Source of the DNA: Planctomycetota bacterium
GTDB lineage: Bacteria > Planctomycetota > B15-G4
Length of the DNA stretch: 64,000 nt
Assembly: GCA_038212275.1 (NCBI GenBank)
Contig: JBBQUR010000009.1
Span: 1 to 64,000 of the forward strand
Direction: 5' to 3'
Every line of letters starts with the position of its first letter. The stretch's first letter is position 1. The notes beneath the pieces are model-generated. The model did not search any database, had not been told where the DNA came from, and worked only from the letters and a program-made list of their open reading frames with translations. Shown here piece by piece: positions 29,085 through 37,803 of the stretch. Position numbers and translations under genes: made by a program.

Positions 29085-29603
29085 ATGGCGCAGAACATCC
29101 TGATCCTGTGCGGAGCCGACGGCGCCGCAGCCTACGCAGCCGAGCTGGCCGCACGCTCCGGCAGCGACATCGGCCTCATCGACACCTCGTGCGATCTCGA
29201 GCAGCTGCGGCGCTCGGGCGGTCGCATCGAGGTCGATCGCGACTACGGTGGCCGAGTGCTCTCGGCCTTCGATGAACCGCTGGGCGTGGGTTCGGCCGTG
29301 GCTCAGCTGGCGGGACACGCGGACGCCGTGGTGGTCGATCGGCTGGACGTCTGGGCCGCCCGCCTCGTCAGCAAGTACGCGGAGGAACCTGACTCCATCG
29401 CCGCGGAGCTCAACTCCCTGCGCTCGGTCATGAAGGCGCAACTGCTGGACCTGCTGCTGATCGCCGTCGCTCCGGACGACGCTCCGGGCCCGGCCGCCGA
29501 GCTGGCGCGTCGCATCCTGGCCGACCTCGGGCCGCTGTGCCAGGTCGTCGTCGACATGGCTGGCGGCGCGCCGCGCGTGATGCGAGGCGAGTTGCCGGGC
29601 TGA
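29085..29603 (+). CDS. CobU/CobP-like protein lacking the P-loop (degenerate adenosylcobinamide kinase/guanylyltransferase fold)
   Basis: Length and motifs (ILILCG..., DEPLG..., AVVVDRLDVWAARL, C-terminal VVVDMAGGAPRVMRG) parallel CobU, but GGARSGKS is replaced by GADGAAAYA. Confidence 0.55.
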   Translation: MAQNILILCGADGAAAYAAELAARSGSDIGLIDTSCDLEQLRRSGGRIEVDRDYGGRVLSAFDEPLGVGSAVAQLAGHADAVVVDRLDVWAARLVSKYAEEPDSIAAELNSLRSVMKAQLLDLLLIAVAPDDAPGPAAELARRILADLGPLCQVVVDMAGGAPRVMRGELPG

Positions 29604-29759
29604 ATCCTGCGCGCTGCCGCGCGTCCGGCGAGCGGCCACTCGCCGCGATCGAATCAACTCGTGCCTGACGTTGAGGGAAACGACGCGGAAGCGCTGGACA
29701 TCAGAGGGGATCGTTGCTTTTACTGGCTCGTTCGTTCGAACCCGCAGGAGTGACGTGTG

Positions 29760-32288
29760 ATGCTTCGACTCGACAGCAGATTGTTCCGTGGCGTGCTCTT
29801 CACAGCCCTCATCGCGACGCAAGGCATGGGATGCGCCAGCGACACGTCCCAGTATCACGCGCGTTCCGGCGAACCCGGCTCTCCCGCCGCGACGGTGACC
29901 ATCACGGGCAAGGAACTCCCGGCTCCGCCGGAGACCTTCGGCGGCATCATCAATCGGAACGCCACGGATTCCACGCCCTTCTGGCCCGCGCGCATCGAAC
30001 CGCCGGCCGGCGCGCCGAACGTCCTGCTGATCATCACGGATGACACGGGCTACGGAACGCCCTCGACCTTCGGTGGCGTGGTGCCCACGCCGAACCTCGA
30101 CCGCGTCGCCAGCAACGGCCTGCGCTACACCAACTTCCACTCCACGGCGCTGTGCTCGCCGACGCGCGCGGCGCTGATCACCGGGCGCAATCACCACTCG
30201 GTGGGCTTCGGCCAGATCTCCGAAATGGCGACGGGCTACCCCGGCTACAACAGCGTGATCCCGAAGGACAAGGTGACGATCGGCCGCATCCTCAAGGACA
30301 ACGGCTACCGCACGTCGTGGTTCGGCAAGGAGCACAACACGCCGGCCTTCCAGGCCAGCCAGGACGGCCCCTTCGACCAGTGGCCGATCGGCATGGGCTT
30401 CGAGTACTTCTACGGATTCATCGGCGGCGACACGAATCAGTGGGAGCCGAACCTCTTCCGCAACACGACGCAGATCTACCCGTTCGTCGGCAAGCCGGGC
30501 TGGAACCTCACCACGGCCATGGCGGACGACGCGATCGAGTACATGAACCGCATCAACGCGCTCGCGCCGGAGCAGCCCTTCTTCATCAAGTACGCGCCGG
30601 GCGGCGTGCACGCCCCGCACCATCCGACCCCGGAGTGGATCGACAAGATCAGCAAGCTGCACCTGTTCGACAAGGGCTGGAACGCGCTGCGCGAGCAGAT
30701 CTTCGCGCAGCAGAAGGCGCTCGGCGTGATCCCGCAGAACGCCAGGCTGACGCCGTGGCCCAAGGACCTGCTCAAGGAGTGGGACGAACTCACGGCCGAT
30801 GACAAGAAGATGTTCATCCGCCAGGTCGACGTCTTCGCCGCATACGTGGCGTACACGGACAACGAGATCGGCCGCGTCATCCAGGCGGTCGAGGACATGG
30901 GCAAGCTCGACAACACGCTGGTCATCTACATCAGCGGCGACAACGGCGGCAGCGCAGAGGGCACGCTGGTGGGCACGCCGAATGAAGTCGCGATGTTCAA
31001 CGGCGTCGAGGTGCCCGTGGCCGACCAGCTCAAGGACTTCTACGACGTCTGGGGTTCGGACAAGACCTACAACCACATGGCGGTGCCGTGGTCATGGGCC
31101 TTCGACACGCCCTTCTCGTGGACCAAGCAGGTGGCCTCGCACTTCGGCGGCACGCGTCAGGGCATGGCGATCATGTGGCCGAAGGTGATCAAGGACAAGG
31201 GCGGCATCCGCCACCAGTTCCATCACGTCATCGACATCGTGCCGACCATTCTCGAGGCGACGCACATCCAGCAGCCCGAGGTGGTGGACGGCATCAAGCA
31301 GAGCCCGATCGAAGGCGTCAGCATGGCCTACACCTTCGACAAGAAGAACGCGAACGCACCCTCCACGCACGAGACGCAGTACTTCGAGATGTTCGGCGAT
31401 CACGCCATCTACCACGATGGCTGGATCGCGAGCACGCAGGTGATGCGTCCGCCATGGGTGACCTTCGGCCCGGCGCTCCCCGATCCGGCGGCATTCCCGT
31501 GGGAGCTCTATGACCTCGCCAACGACTGGACGCAGTGCGACAACGTCGCAGCCAGCAACCCGGGCAAGCTGAAGGAGATGCAGGCGATCTTCTGGGAACA
31601 GGCGAAGAAGTATCAGGTGCTGCCGCTGGACGCTTCGGTCGCCGCCCGGCTCATCACGCCGCGCCCGAGCATCACGGCGGGCCGCAGCGAGTTCACGTGG
31701 ACGCACCCGCTCACGGGCACTCCCAACGGCGATGCGCCGAGCATTCTCAACGCCTCGTACAACTTCAAGGCGGAGATCGAGGTTCCGCAGGGCGGCGCCG
31801 AAGGCATGCTCATCACGCAGGGCGGCCGCTTCGGCGGCTACGGCTTCTATCTGCTGAAGGGCAAGCCGGTCTTCACGTGGAACCTCGTGGACCTCAAGCG
31901 CGTGAAGTGGGCCGGCCCCGACGCGCTGACGCCCGGCTCGCACACGCTGGAATTCGACTTCAAATACGACGGGCTCGGCATGGGCACGATCGCCTTCAAC
32001 AGCCTGAGCGGCATCGGACGCAGCGGCACCGGCACGCTGTCGGTGGACGGCAAGGTCGTCGCCACGCAGACGATGGAGCGCACGATTCCGCTGATCCTGC
32101 AGTGGGACGAGAACCTCGATGTCGGCTCGGACACGCTGACCCCCGTGGACGACAGCGACTATCAGTCGCCGTTCACCTTCACCGGCACCATCCGCAGGAT
32201 CACGCTTTCGATCGACCGGCCGAAGCTCTCGGCCGAGGACGAGAAGCGCCTGGCCGCCGCGGAGCGGAACAACAAGGCGAGCGAGTAG
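29760..32288 (+). CDS. Arylsulfatase (Cys-type formylglycine sulfatase), exported
   Basis: APNVLLIITDDTGYG and the CSPTRAALITGRNHH signature, FGKEH, GDNGGS; AGGAG RBS; N-terminal signal ending QGMGC. Confidence 0.93.
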   Translation: MLRLDSRLFRGVLFTALIATQGMGCASDTSQYHARSGEPGSPAATVTITGKELPAPPETFGGIINRNATDSTPFWPARIEPPAGAPNVLLIITDDTGYGTPSTFGGVVPTPNLDRVASNGLRYTNFHSTALCSPTRAALITGRNHHSVGFGQISEMATGYPGYNSVIPKDKVTIGRILKDNGYRTSWFGKEHNTPAFQASQDGPFDQWPIGMGFEYFYGFIGGDTNQWEPNLFRNTTQIYPFVGKPGWNLTTAMADDAIEYMNRINALAPEQPFFIKYAPGGVHAPHHPTPEWIDKISKLHLFDKGWNALREQIFAQQKALGVIPQNARLTPWPKDLLKEWDELTADDKKMFIRQVDVFAAYVAYTDNEIGRVIQAVEDMGKLDNTLVIYISGDNGGSAEGTLVGTPNEVAMFNGVEVPVADQLKDFYDVWGSDKTYNHMAVPWSWAFDTPFSWTKQVASHFGGTRQGMAIMWPKVIKDKGGIRHQFHHVIDIVPTILEATHIQQPEVVDGIKQSPIEGVSMAYTFDKKNANAPSTHETQYFEMFGDHAIYHDGWIASTQVMRPPWVTFGPALPDPAAFPWELYDLANDWTQCDNVAASNPGKLKEMQAIFWEQAKKYQVLPLDASVAARLITPRPSITAGRSEFTWTHPLTGTPNGDAPSILNASYNFKAEIEVPQGGAEGMLITQGGRFGGYGFYLLKGKPVFTWNLVDLKRVKWAGPDALTPGSHTLEFDFKYDGLGMGTIAFNSLSGIGRSGTGTLSVDGKVVATQTMERTIPLILQWDENLDVGSDTLTPVDDSDYQSPFTFTGTIRRITLSIDRPKLSAEDEKRLAAAERNNKASE

Positions 32289-32335
32289 GGGAGGTCCGGG
32301 CTGGCGACCGGGGCGGCTTGTGCGATGCTCGCGGC

Positions 32336-33022
32336 GTGATTCCGTCCGAGCTCATCGACACGACGGCCGTGCCCGGCACGGACAAGCTGATGACCCTTTA
32401 CCGTCGCGGCGACATCTGGTCGATCCGCGTCGGCGGGGTCGAGTTGATGAACAACCGGATCTATGGCAAGGACTGTGCGCTGGCCGAGTTCGGCTGCGAG
32501 GCGCTGGCGGACCGCGAACGGGCCCGCGTGCTCGTCGGCGGGCTGGGCATGGGCTTCACGCTGGCGCGCACGCTGGCGCTGCTCGGGCCCGAGAGCCGCG
32601 TCGTCGTGGCCGAACTCGTGCCCGCCGTCGTCCACTGGAACGAGACCCGCTTCGGCGAGCTTGCCGATCACCCGCTGCGGGACCCGCGCGTCACCGTCGT
32701 GCAGGGTGACGTCGGCAAGCTGATGCGCGCCGAACGCGGCGGCTTCGACGCCGTCCTGCTGGACGTGGACAACGGCCCCGAGGGCCTCTCGCGCGAGGGC
32801 AACGACAAGCTCTACAGCGCCGCCGGCCTGGCCGTGGCGGGCGCGGCCCTGCGCCCCGGCGGCGTGCTGGGCTTCTGGTCGCTCTCCGGCGATCAGGCCT
32901 TCAGCGAGCGCCTGCGTCGTGCCGGATTCGCGGTGAAGGAGCACCACGTCCGCAAGCGCGGCGGCCGAAGCCGCCAGACGATCTTCGTGGCCCGGCCCCA
33001 GGAGAAACGCAGCCGGCGCTAA
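32336..33022 (+). CDS. Spermidine-synthase-like class I SAM-binding protein
   Basis: RVLVGGLGMGFTL, VVVAELVPAVV and FDAVLLDVDNGPEG motifs; GTG start. Confidence 0.85.
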   Translation: MIPSELIDTTAVPGTDKLMTLYRRGDIWSIRVGGVELMNNRIYGKDCALAEFGCEALADRERARVLVGGLGMGFTLARTLALLGPESRVVVAELVPAVVHWNETRFGELADHPLRDPRVTVVQGDVGKLMRAERGGFDAVLLDVDNGPEGLSREGNDKLYSAAGLAVAGAALRPGGVLGFWSLSGDQAFSERLRRAGFAVKEHHVRKRGGRSRQTIFVARPQEKRSRR

Positions 33023-33036
33023 CGCTGCCGTCTCGC

Positions 33037-33672
33037 TCAGTCCCGCGTGCGCCGGTAGATCGGCGGGACGTGTTCCGGCGAGGTGAGGCTCGAGCCGAGG
33101 TCCTTGAGGATGCCGTTCTCGAGGCCGTAGACCCAGGCGTGCACCTCGATCCCGTGGCCGGCGCTCCAGCTCTGCTGCACCACCGTGGTGCGCGCGACAT
33201 TCTGAGCCTGGGCCTCGACGTTGAGCTCGCAGAGCCGCTTCAGGCGAGCGTCCTCGCTCGGCAGCGACTCGAGTTCTTCTCGATGCAGGAGGTAGACATC
33301 CTTGATGCCGCGCAGCCAGTTGTCCGAGAGGCCCAGCGGCTCGCCGCGGTAGGCGGCCTGCACGCCGCCGCAACCGTAGTGGCCGCACACGATCACGTGC
33401 TTCACGCCCAGCACCTCGATCGCGAACTGCAGGACCGACAGCATGTTGAGGTCGGTCTGGTAGACGATGTTGGCGACGTTGCGGTGCACGAACAGCTGGC
33501 CCGGTGCAAGATCGACGATCTCGTTGGCGGGCACGCGGGAGTCGCTGCAGCCGATCCACAGGAACTCGGGCGCCTGCAGGCGCGAGAGCCTGCGGAAGAA
33601 ATCCGGGTCGCGGGCGGTGACGCTCGCGGCCCAGCGACGATTGTTGTCGAGAAGCGTGTGCAGGCTCGCCAT
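33037..33672 (-). CDS. can: Beta-class carbonic anhydrase
   Basis: WIGCSDSRVP, FVHRNVAN and CGHYGCGGV zinc-ligand motifs. Confidence 0.95.
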   Translation of the reverse strand: MASLHTLLDNNRRWAASVTARDPDFFRRLSRLQAPEFLWIGCSDSRVPANEIVDLAPGQLFVHRNVANIVYQTDLNMLSVLQFAIEVLGVKHVIVCGHYGCGGVQAAYRGEPLGLSDNWLRGIKDVYLLHREELESLPSEDARLKRLCELNVEAQAQNVARTTVVQQSWSAGHGIEVHAWVYGLENGILKDLGSSLTSPEHVPPIYRRTRD

Positions 33673-33699
33673 GGTGGTCGTCACCATCCGCCACGTTGC

Positions 33700-33950
33700 G
33701 AAGCTTTGCAAGCAGAGTGCGGGACACGCGACGCCCTCGTCGCATGTCCGCCCGGCACGCCTGCCGGCCCACGGTGGTCTTGGCGCCTGAGGGATTCACC
33801 CGCACCAGGGTGCCGAGCGTCGAATCGATCGCGTAAAGCTCCGAGCCGAACGCTCCGCCCTGACCGTACTCCACTCCGCCGAGGCCGCAGCCTCGCGATT
33901 CCTTGGACGTGAACACGCATCGCCCGGTGCGATCGAACTTCTTCTCGACG
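33700..33950 (-). pseudogene. Possible gene remnant resembling one beta-propeller blade
   Basis: Short protein-like stretch GVEYGQGGAFGSELYAIDSTLGTLVRVNPSGAKTTVG without a plausible complete ORF. Confidence 0.35.
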
Positions 33951-33982
33951 ACGGTTCGGCCCGCTCGCGGCGTCCGGCCCGG

Positions 33983-34243
33983 TCAGTCCTCGAGGCTGTC
34001 CACGACCAGCTTGGCGTCGCGGAGTCCGACGCCGGTGGCCTCGCGATACGCCTTGATGGCAGCGATCTTGCCTTCGACCGGCAGGATGCGGCGTGCCAGT
34101 TCCAATGCGTTGCGGTCTACCGGAGGAGGGGGGACGTCCGGCGCGGCATCGGCCGAAGCTCGAAGCGAAGCTCGAAGCCGCCCGAGCAAGTAGCCGCCCA
34201 CGACCACCGCCGCCGCCACCATCACACCGCTCATGTCTTCCAT
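33983..34243 (-). CDS. Small membrane protein with ribosomal L7/L12 C-terminal-like domain
   Basis: Hydrophobic N-terminus followed by GKIAAIKAYREATGVGLRDAKLVVD. Confidence 0.75.
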   Translation of the reverse strand: MEDMSGVMVAAAVVVGGYLLGRLRASLRASADAAPDVPPPPVDRNALELARRILPVEGKIAAIKAYREATGVGLRDAKLVVDSLED

Positions 34244-34389
34244 GGTCTGGCCCCTTCCGGTCGTCGCCCGCGCGCCCAGCTCGGCCGAACGGACGGTGAC
34301 TGTCGCACGAAGGGCGCCGAGCCGCCCTCACGATCGTGTGCAAAAATCCCGTTGACGACGCGCCCGCCCGCTTCAAGCTGTGCCGAACC

Positions 34390-36831
34390 ATGGGAAGCAG
34401 AAGCGCCACGCAAGTCTCCGGCGGCCCGCGTTGGCTCATGCCGGTGCTGCTGTTGCTGTTCGTGGCAAGTGGTGCAAGCGGGCTGATCTGCCAGCAGCTC
34501 TGGTTGCGGCTTCTCTCGCTGGTGTTCGGCGTGACGGTGTACGCGGCCGCCACGACGCTGGCCAGCTTTCTGGGCGGGCTCGCACTGGGAGGCCTGCTCG
34601 CGGGGCGACTTGCGGACCGCGTGCGCTCGCCGTTGCGGCTGCTCGGCTTCGTGGAACTGGGCGTCGGCGTCTTCGCGCTCGCGACGCCCTGGGCGCTGGC
34701 CGGCGTGCAGGCGGCCTGGGTCTCATGGCACGCGACGCTGCCCGACGGCGGCCCGGCCATCGCCGTGGCGCGCTTCCTCTGCGCCGGCGCGGTGCTGCTC
34801 GTGCCGACCACGCTCATGGGCGCGTCGCTGCCGATCATCGTGCGCTCGTCGCTGCTGCGCGGCGGTGCGGCAGGTCCTCGAGTCAGTGCGCTCTACGCGG
34901 CCAACACGGCCGGCGCGCTGGCGGGCACGCTGCTCTGTGGCCTCGTCCTGATCGAGGCCGTCGGCATCCAGGCCTCGTTCCGCGTCGCCGCCTCGCTCAA
35001 TCTGGTGGCGGGCCTCCTGGCGCTGGTGCTCGCGCGGCACCAGGCCACGCGCACGCTCCCTGCCTCGGCGTCGGCCGGACACGCTGCGGCCACGGCGACG
35101 CACGCTGCGGCCACGGCGACGCACGCTGCGACCACGGCGACGCACGCTGCGGCCACGGCGACGCACGCTGCGGCCACAGCAACGCACGAGGCGGCTGCGG
35201 ACGCGCTGGACACCGCGTGGACGGACGTGGCCGTGGCCGCGCGACGGGACGGCGGCGGGAGGCTGTTGCTCGCGACGTGCGCGCTTTCGGGCTTCGTCGC
35301 GCTGGCGCTCGAGGTGCTGTGGTTTCGAGCGTTGCTGGGCGTGATCAACGCCACGACCTCCTCGTTCACCTTCATGCTCGCGGCGGTGCTGGCCGGCATC
35401 GCGGGCGGAAGCGCGCTGGCGTCGCTGCTGAGCGCGCGTCGGCCGGGCCCGGTCGGGAAGGCGTGGTTGCAGCTCGCGCTGCTGCAACTCCTGCTCGCCG
35501 TGATGCTGCCCGTCTCGTTCGGCTGGCTCGGCTCCGCGACCAGCGTGCACGCCTGGTTGTTCGGTCCCTTCGATCCGCACGTCGGCAACGGCTTCACGCT
35601 GCCCGCCATTGCCGCGGCGCTCGCCATCCTGCCGGCCGCGCTGCTCATGGGGCTGAGCTTTCCGCTGGGGCTGCGCCTCTTCGTGGAGGGCGCGCCCGAT
35701 GTCGCGCGGCGCACCGGCGTGTTCTGCGCGTTCAACCTGTGCGGAGGCCTCGCCGGCGCGCTCGTCGCCGGCTTCGGGCTGCTGCCGCATGCGGCCCTCG
35801 ACTCCAGCGTGCTGTGGATGTCGGCCGTCAGTTTCGTTGCCGGGTTGGCGCTGCTCGTTCCCGTGTCGCGCGCCGCGCCGCGACAGGCCGGCATCGTCGC
35901 TGCGGCGGCTTGCGCGCTCTTCGCGCTCGCGGCGTTCTCGATGGGCAACCCGCTGGCGGAGGCGTGGCATCACCGCCACCCGGCCGAGTTGCAGCTCGAG
36001 CATGTCGACGGCGCGCAGACCTCCGTGGACATTTCGCGCCGTGAGGACGGCGTGACGGTCATGTACCTCGACGGGCTGCACCAGGCGAACGACTCGGCGG
36101 AAATGCTGCGCTACCACTCGCTCATCGGGCACTGGGGCCTGCTGCTGCACCCGAAGCCCCGGCGCGTGCTGTGCATCGGGCTCGGCGGCGGCGTGACGGC
36201 CGGCGCCGCCGCCGCGCATCCCGACGTGGAGGTGGACATCGTCGAGCTGTCGGACACCGTGGTGAGCGCGGCCTGGGAGTATTTCGAGGCGGCGAACGGC
36301 TACGTGCTCGACCGTCCGAACGTGCACCTGCGTGTGGACGATGGCCGCAACTGGCTGGCCGTCTCGGGTCGCCGCTACGACGTGATCACGGCCGACCTCA
36401 TCCAGCCGCGCCACGCCGGCGCGGGCAATCTCTACTCCGTCGAGTACTTCCGGCTGGCGCGCGCGGCCCTGAACGAAGGCGGCCTCATGGTGCAGTGGGT
36501 GTCCGAGCCCGGGAGCGAGTCGTGGCGGCTCATCGTGCGCACCTTCCTCGAAGCCTTTCCGGACGCGACGCTCTGGTGCGACGGCACGCTGCTCGTGGGC
36601 AGCACGCGACCCTTCGAGCTGCGGCCCGAGGTCATGGCGCGCAAGCTGGCCAGCCCGGAGGTGCTGCGCATCGCACGGGAGATGGGCTTCTTCAACTCGA
36701 TCGCGCTGATGAAGGCCTACACCAGCGGCCCCGACGAACTGCGCGCGCAGGTCGGCGACGGCCCGCTGCTCACGGACGATCATCCGCTGCTCGAATACGA
36801 CCTGACGTGGCAGGCAGGGCGCGCGCACTGA
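34390..36831 (+). CDS. Fused multi-TM (MFS-like) / spermidine synthase family protein
   Basis: SGASGLICQQLWLRLLSLVFG, LYAANTAGA, RVLCIGLGGG, DDGRNWL and YDVITAD motifs. Confidence 0.9.
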   Translation: MGSRSATQVSGGPRWLMPVLLLLFVASGASGLICQQLWLRLLSLVFGVTVYAAATTLASFLGGLALGGLLAGRLADRVRSPLRLLGFVELGVGVFALATPWALAGVQAAWVSWHATLPDGGPAIAVARFLCAGAVLLVPTTLMGASLPIIVRSSLLRGGAAGPRVSALYAANTAGALAGTLLCGLVLIEAVGIQASFRVAASLNLVAGLLALVLARHQATRTLPASASAGHAAATATHAAATATHAATTATHAAATATHAAATATHEAAADALDTAWTDVAVAARRDGGGRLLLATCALSGFVALALEVLWFRALLGVINATTSSFTFMLAAVLAGIAGGSALASLLSARRPGPVGKAWLQLALLQLLLAVMLPVSFGWLGSATSVHAWLFGPFDPHVGNGFTLPAIAAALAILPAALLMGLSFPLGLRLFVEGAPDVARRTGVFCAFNLCGGLAGALVAGFGLLPHAALDSSVLWMSAVSFVAGLALLVPVSRAAPRQAGIVAAAACALFALAAFSMGNPLAEAWHHRHPAELQLEHVDGAQTSVDISRREDGVTVMYLDGLHQANDSAEMLRYHSLIGHWGLLLHPKPRRVLCIGLGGGVTAGAAAAHPDVEVDIVELSDTVVSAAWEYFEAANGYVLDRPNVHLRVDDGRNWLAVSGRRYDVITADLIQPRHAGAGNLYSVEYFRLARAALNEGGLMVQWVSEPGSESWRLIVRTFLEAFPDATLWCDGTLLVGSTRPFELRPEVMARKLASPEVLRIAREMGFFNSIALMKAYTSGPDELRAQVGDGPLLTDDHPLLEYDLTWQAGRAH
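35080..35184. repeat. Five 21-bp in-frame tandem repeats (HAAATAT)
   Basis: cacgctgcggccacggcgacg x5 with few substitutions. Confidence 0.9.
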
Positions 36832-36909
36832 GGCGTCCGCGCGCCGCGCGCTGGGCGCAGCGTGCTGGGCGCCGCGTGTCACGCGATGAGCGCCGCGGCC
36901 GCGGCAGGT

Positions 36910-37680
36910 TCAGCGCGGCTTGCGCGCCACCACGGAGTAACCGAGGCACGCGGACTCGTCGTGCGTGAAGCCCGCCGTGAACGCGAACCAGCACTGCACC
37001 AGCGCGATGAGCGGCAGCGCGAGCGGAGCGCGCCAGCGCGAGAGCGAGACCGCGCCGTCCGGATGGATGGTCCTTGCACCCAGCGTGCGCAGCAGGTGCT
37101 GCGCCAGCGCGGCGCCCGCGGCGTCGGCGCCGTTGCCGCGCGGCGTCACCGACTCCACCGTCAGTCCGTGGCGCTCGATGAGCGCGCGGATGCCGGCGGC
37201 CGTGTAGCGATAGAAGTCGTAGGGGAGCGCGTGCAGCGGCGTGCAGAAGGGCACCGTGACCAGCAGCGCGCCGCCCGGCGCCAGCGCGCGGGCAAGTTCC
37301 GCGACGCAGCGGTCCGGATCAGGCAGGTGCTCCAGCACCTCGAGCGACAGCACGGTGTCGAAACGATTGCTCGCGAAGGGCAGGCATTGCCCGTCGCCCC
37401 ACACGTCCACGACGCCCTGCGCGCGGAGCATGCGGTCACTGATGCCTGGATTGAGGTTGTCGCACGAGGGCGGGTACTCCAGCCCGACGTACTGCGTGAC
37501 GTGCGGCGCGAACAGCGCGGCATACGGCCGGTCGCCGACGCCGACGTCGAGCATCCGTCCGCGCGCCTTCGGGGCGAGGTCCGCGACGGCGCGGCGCAGG
37601 CGGCGCGTTTCCATCCAGTAGGGGTTGAAGGGCGTGCCCTTGTGCCACGCGAAGATCCGTGCTTTGAGGCTGCGCGCCAT
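36910..37680 (-). CDS. Class I SAM-dependent methyltransferase
   Basis: MLDVGVG, LPFASNRFDTVLSLEVLEHLPDP, LAPGG and H..PYDFYRYT motifs, typical of surface-polysaccharide-associated methyltransferases. Confidence 0.88.
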   Translation of the reverse strand: MARSLKARIFAWHKGTPFNPYWMETRRLRRAVADLAPKARGRMLDVGVGDRPYAALFAPHVTQYVGLEYPPSCDNLNPGISDRMLRAQGVVDVWGDGQCLPFASNRFDTVLSLEVLEHLPDPDRCVAELARALAPGGALLVTVPFCTPLHALPYDFYRYTAAGIRALIERHGLTVESVTPRGNGADAAGAALAQHLLRTLGARTIHPDGAVSLSRWRAPLALPLIALVQCWFAFTAGFTHDESACLGYSVVARKPR

Positions 37681-37758
37681 CCGGCCGACGATAGCAAACG
37701 TCGGCGCGCCGTTCGTGCGCGGGCGGCCTCGGCGCCGACGCGTGTCTCGCGGCGCGGC

Positions 37759-37800
37759 CGGCGAGCGGCGAGCGGCGAGCGGCGAACGGCGAGCGGCGAG
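37759..37800. repeat. Heptamer tandem repeat (CGGCGAG)x6
   Basis: Six consecutive copies, one CGGCGAA variant, immediately after the stop of 37804..39852. Confidence 0.9.
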
Positions 37801-37803
37801 ACG

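Noticed and set aside
33983..34243. True ribosomal protein gene rplL
   Set aside because: Too short, has a TM-like N-terminus instead of the dimerisation domain, and is not next to rplJ/rpoB
37759..37800. Functional significance of the (CGGCGAG)6 heptamer run
   Set aside because: Simple intergenic microsatellite; nothing in the sequence supports a function
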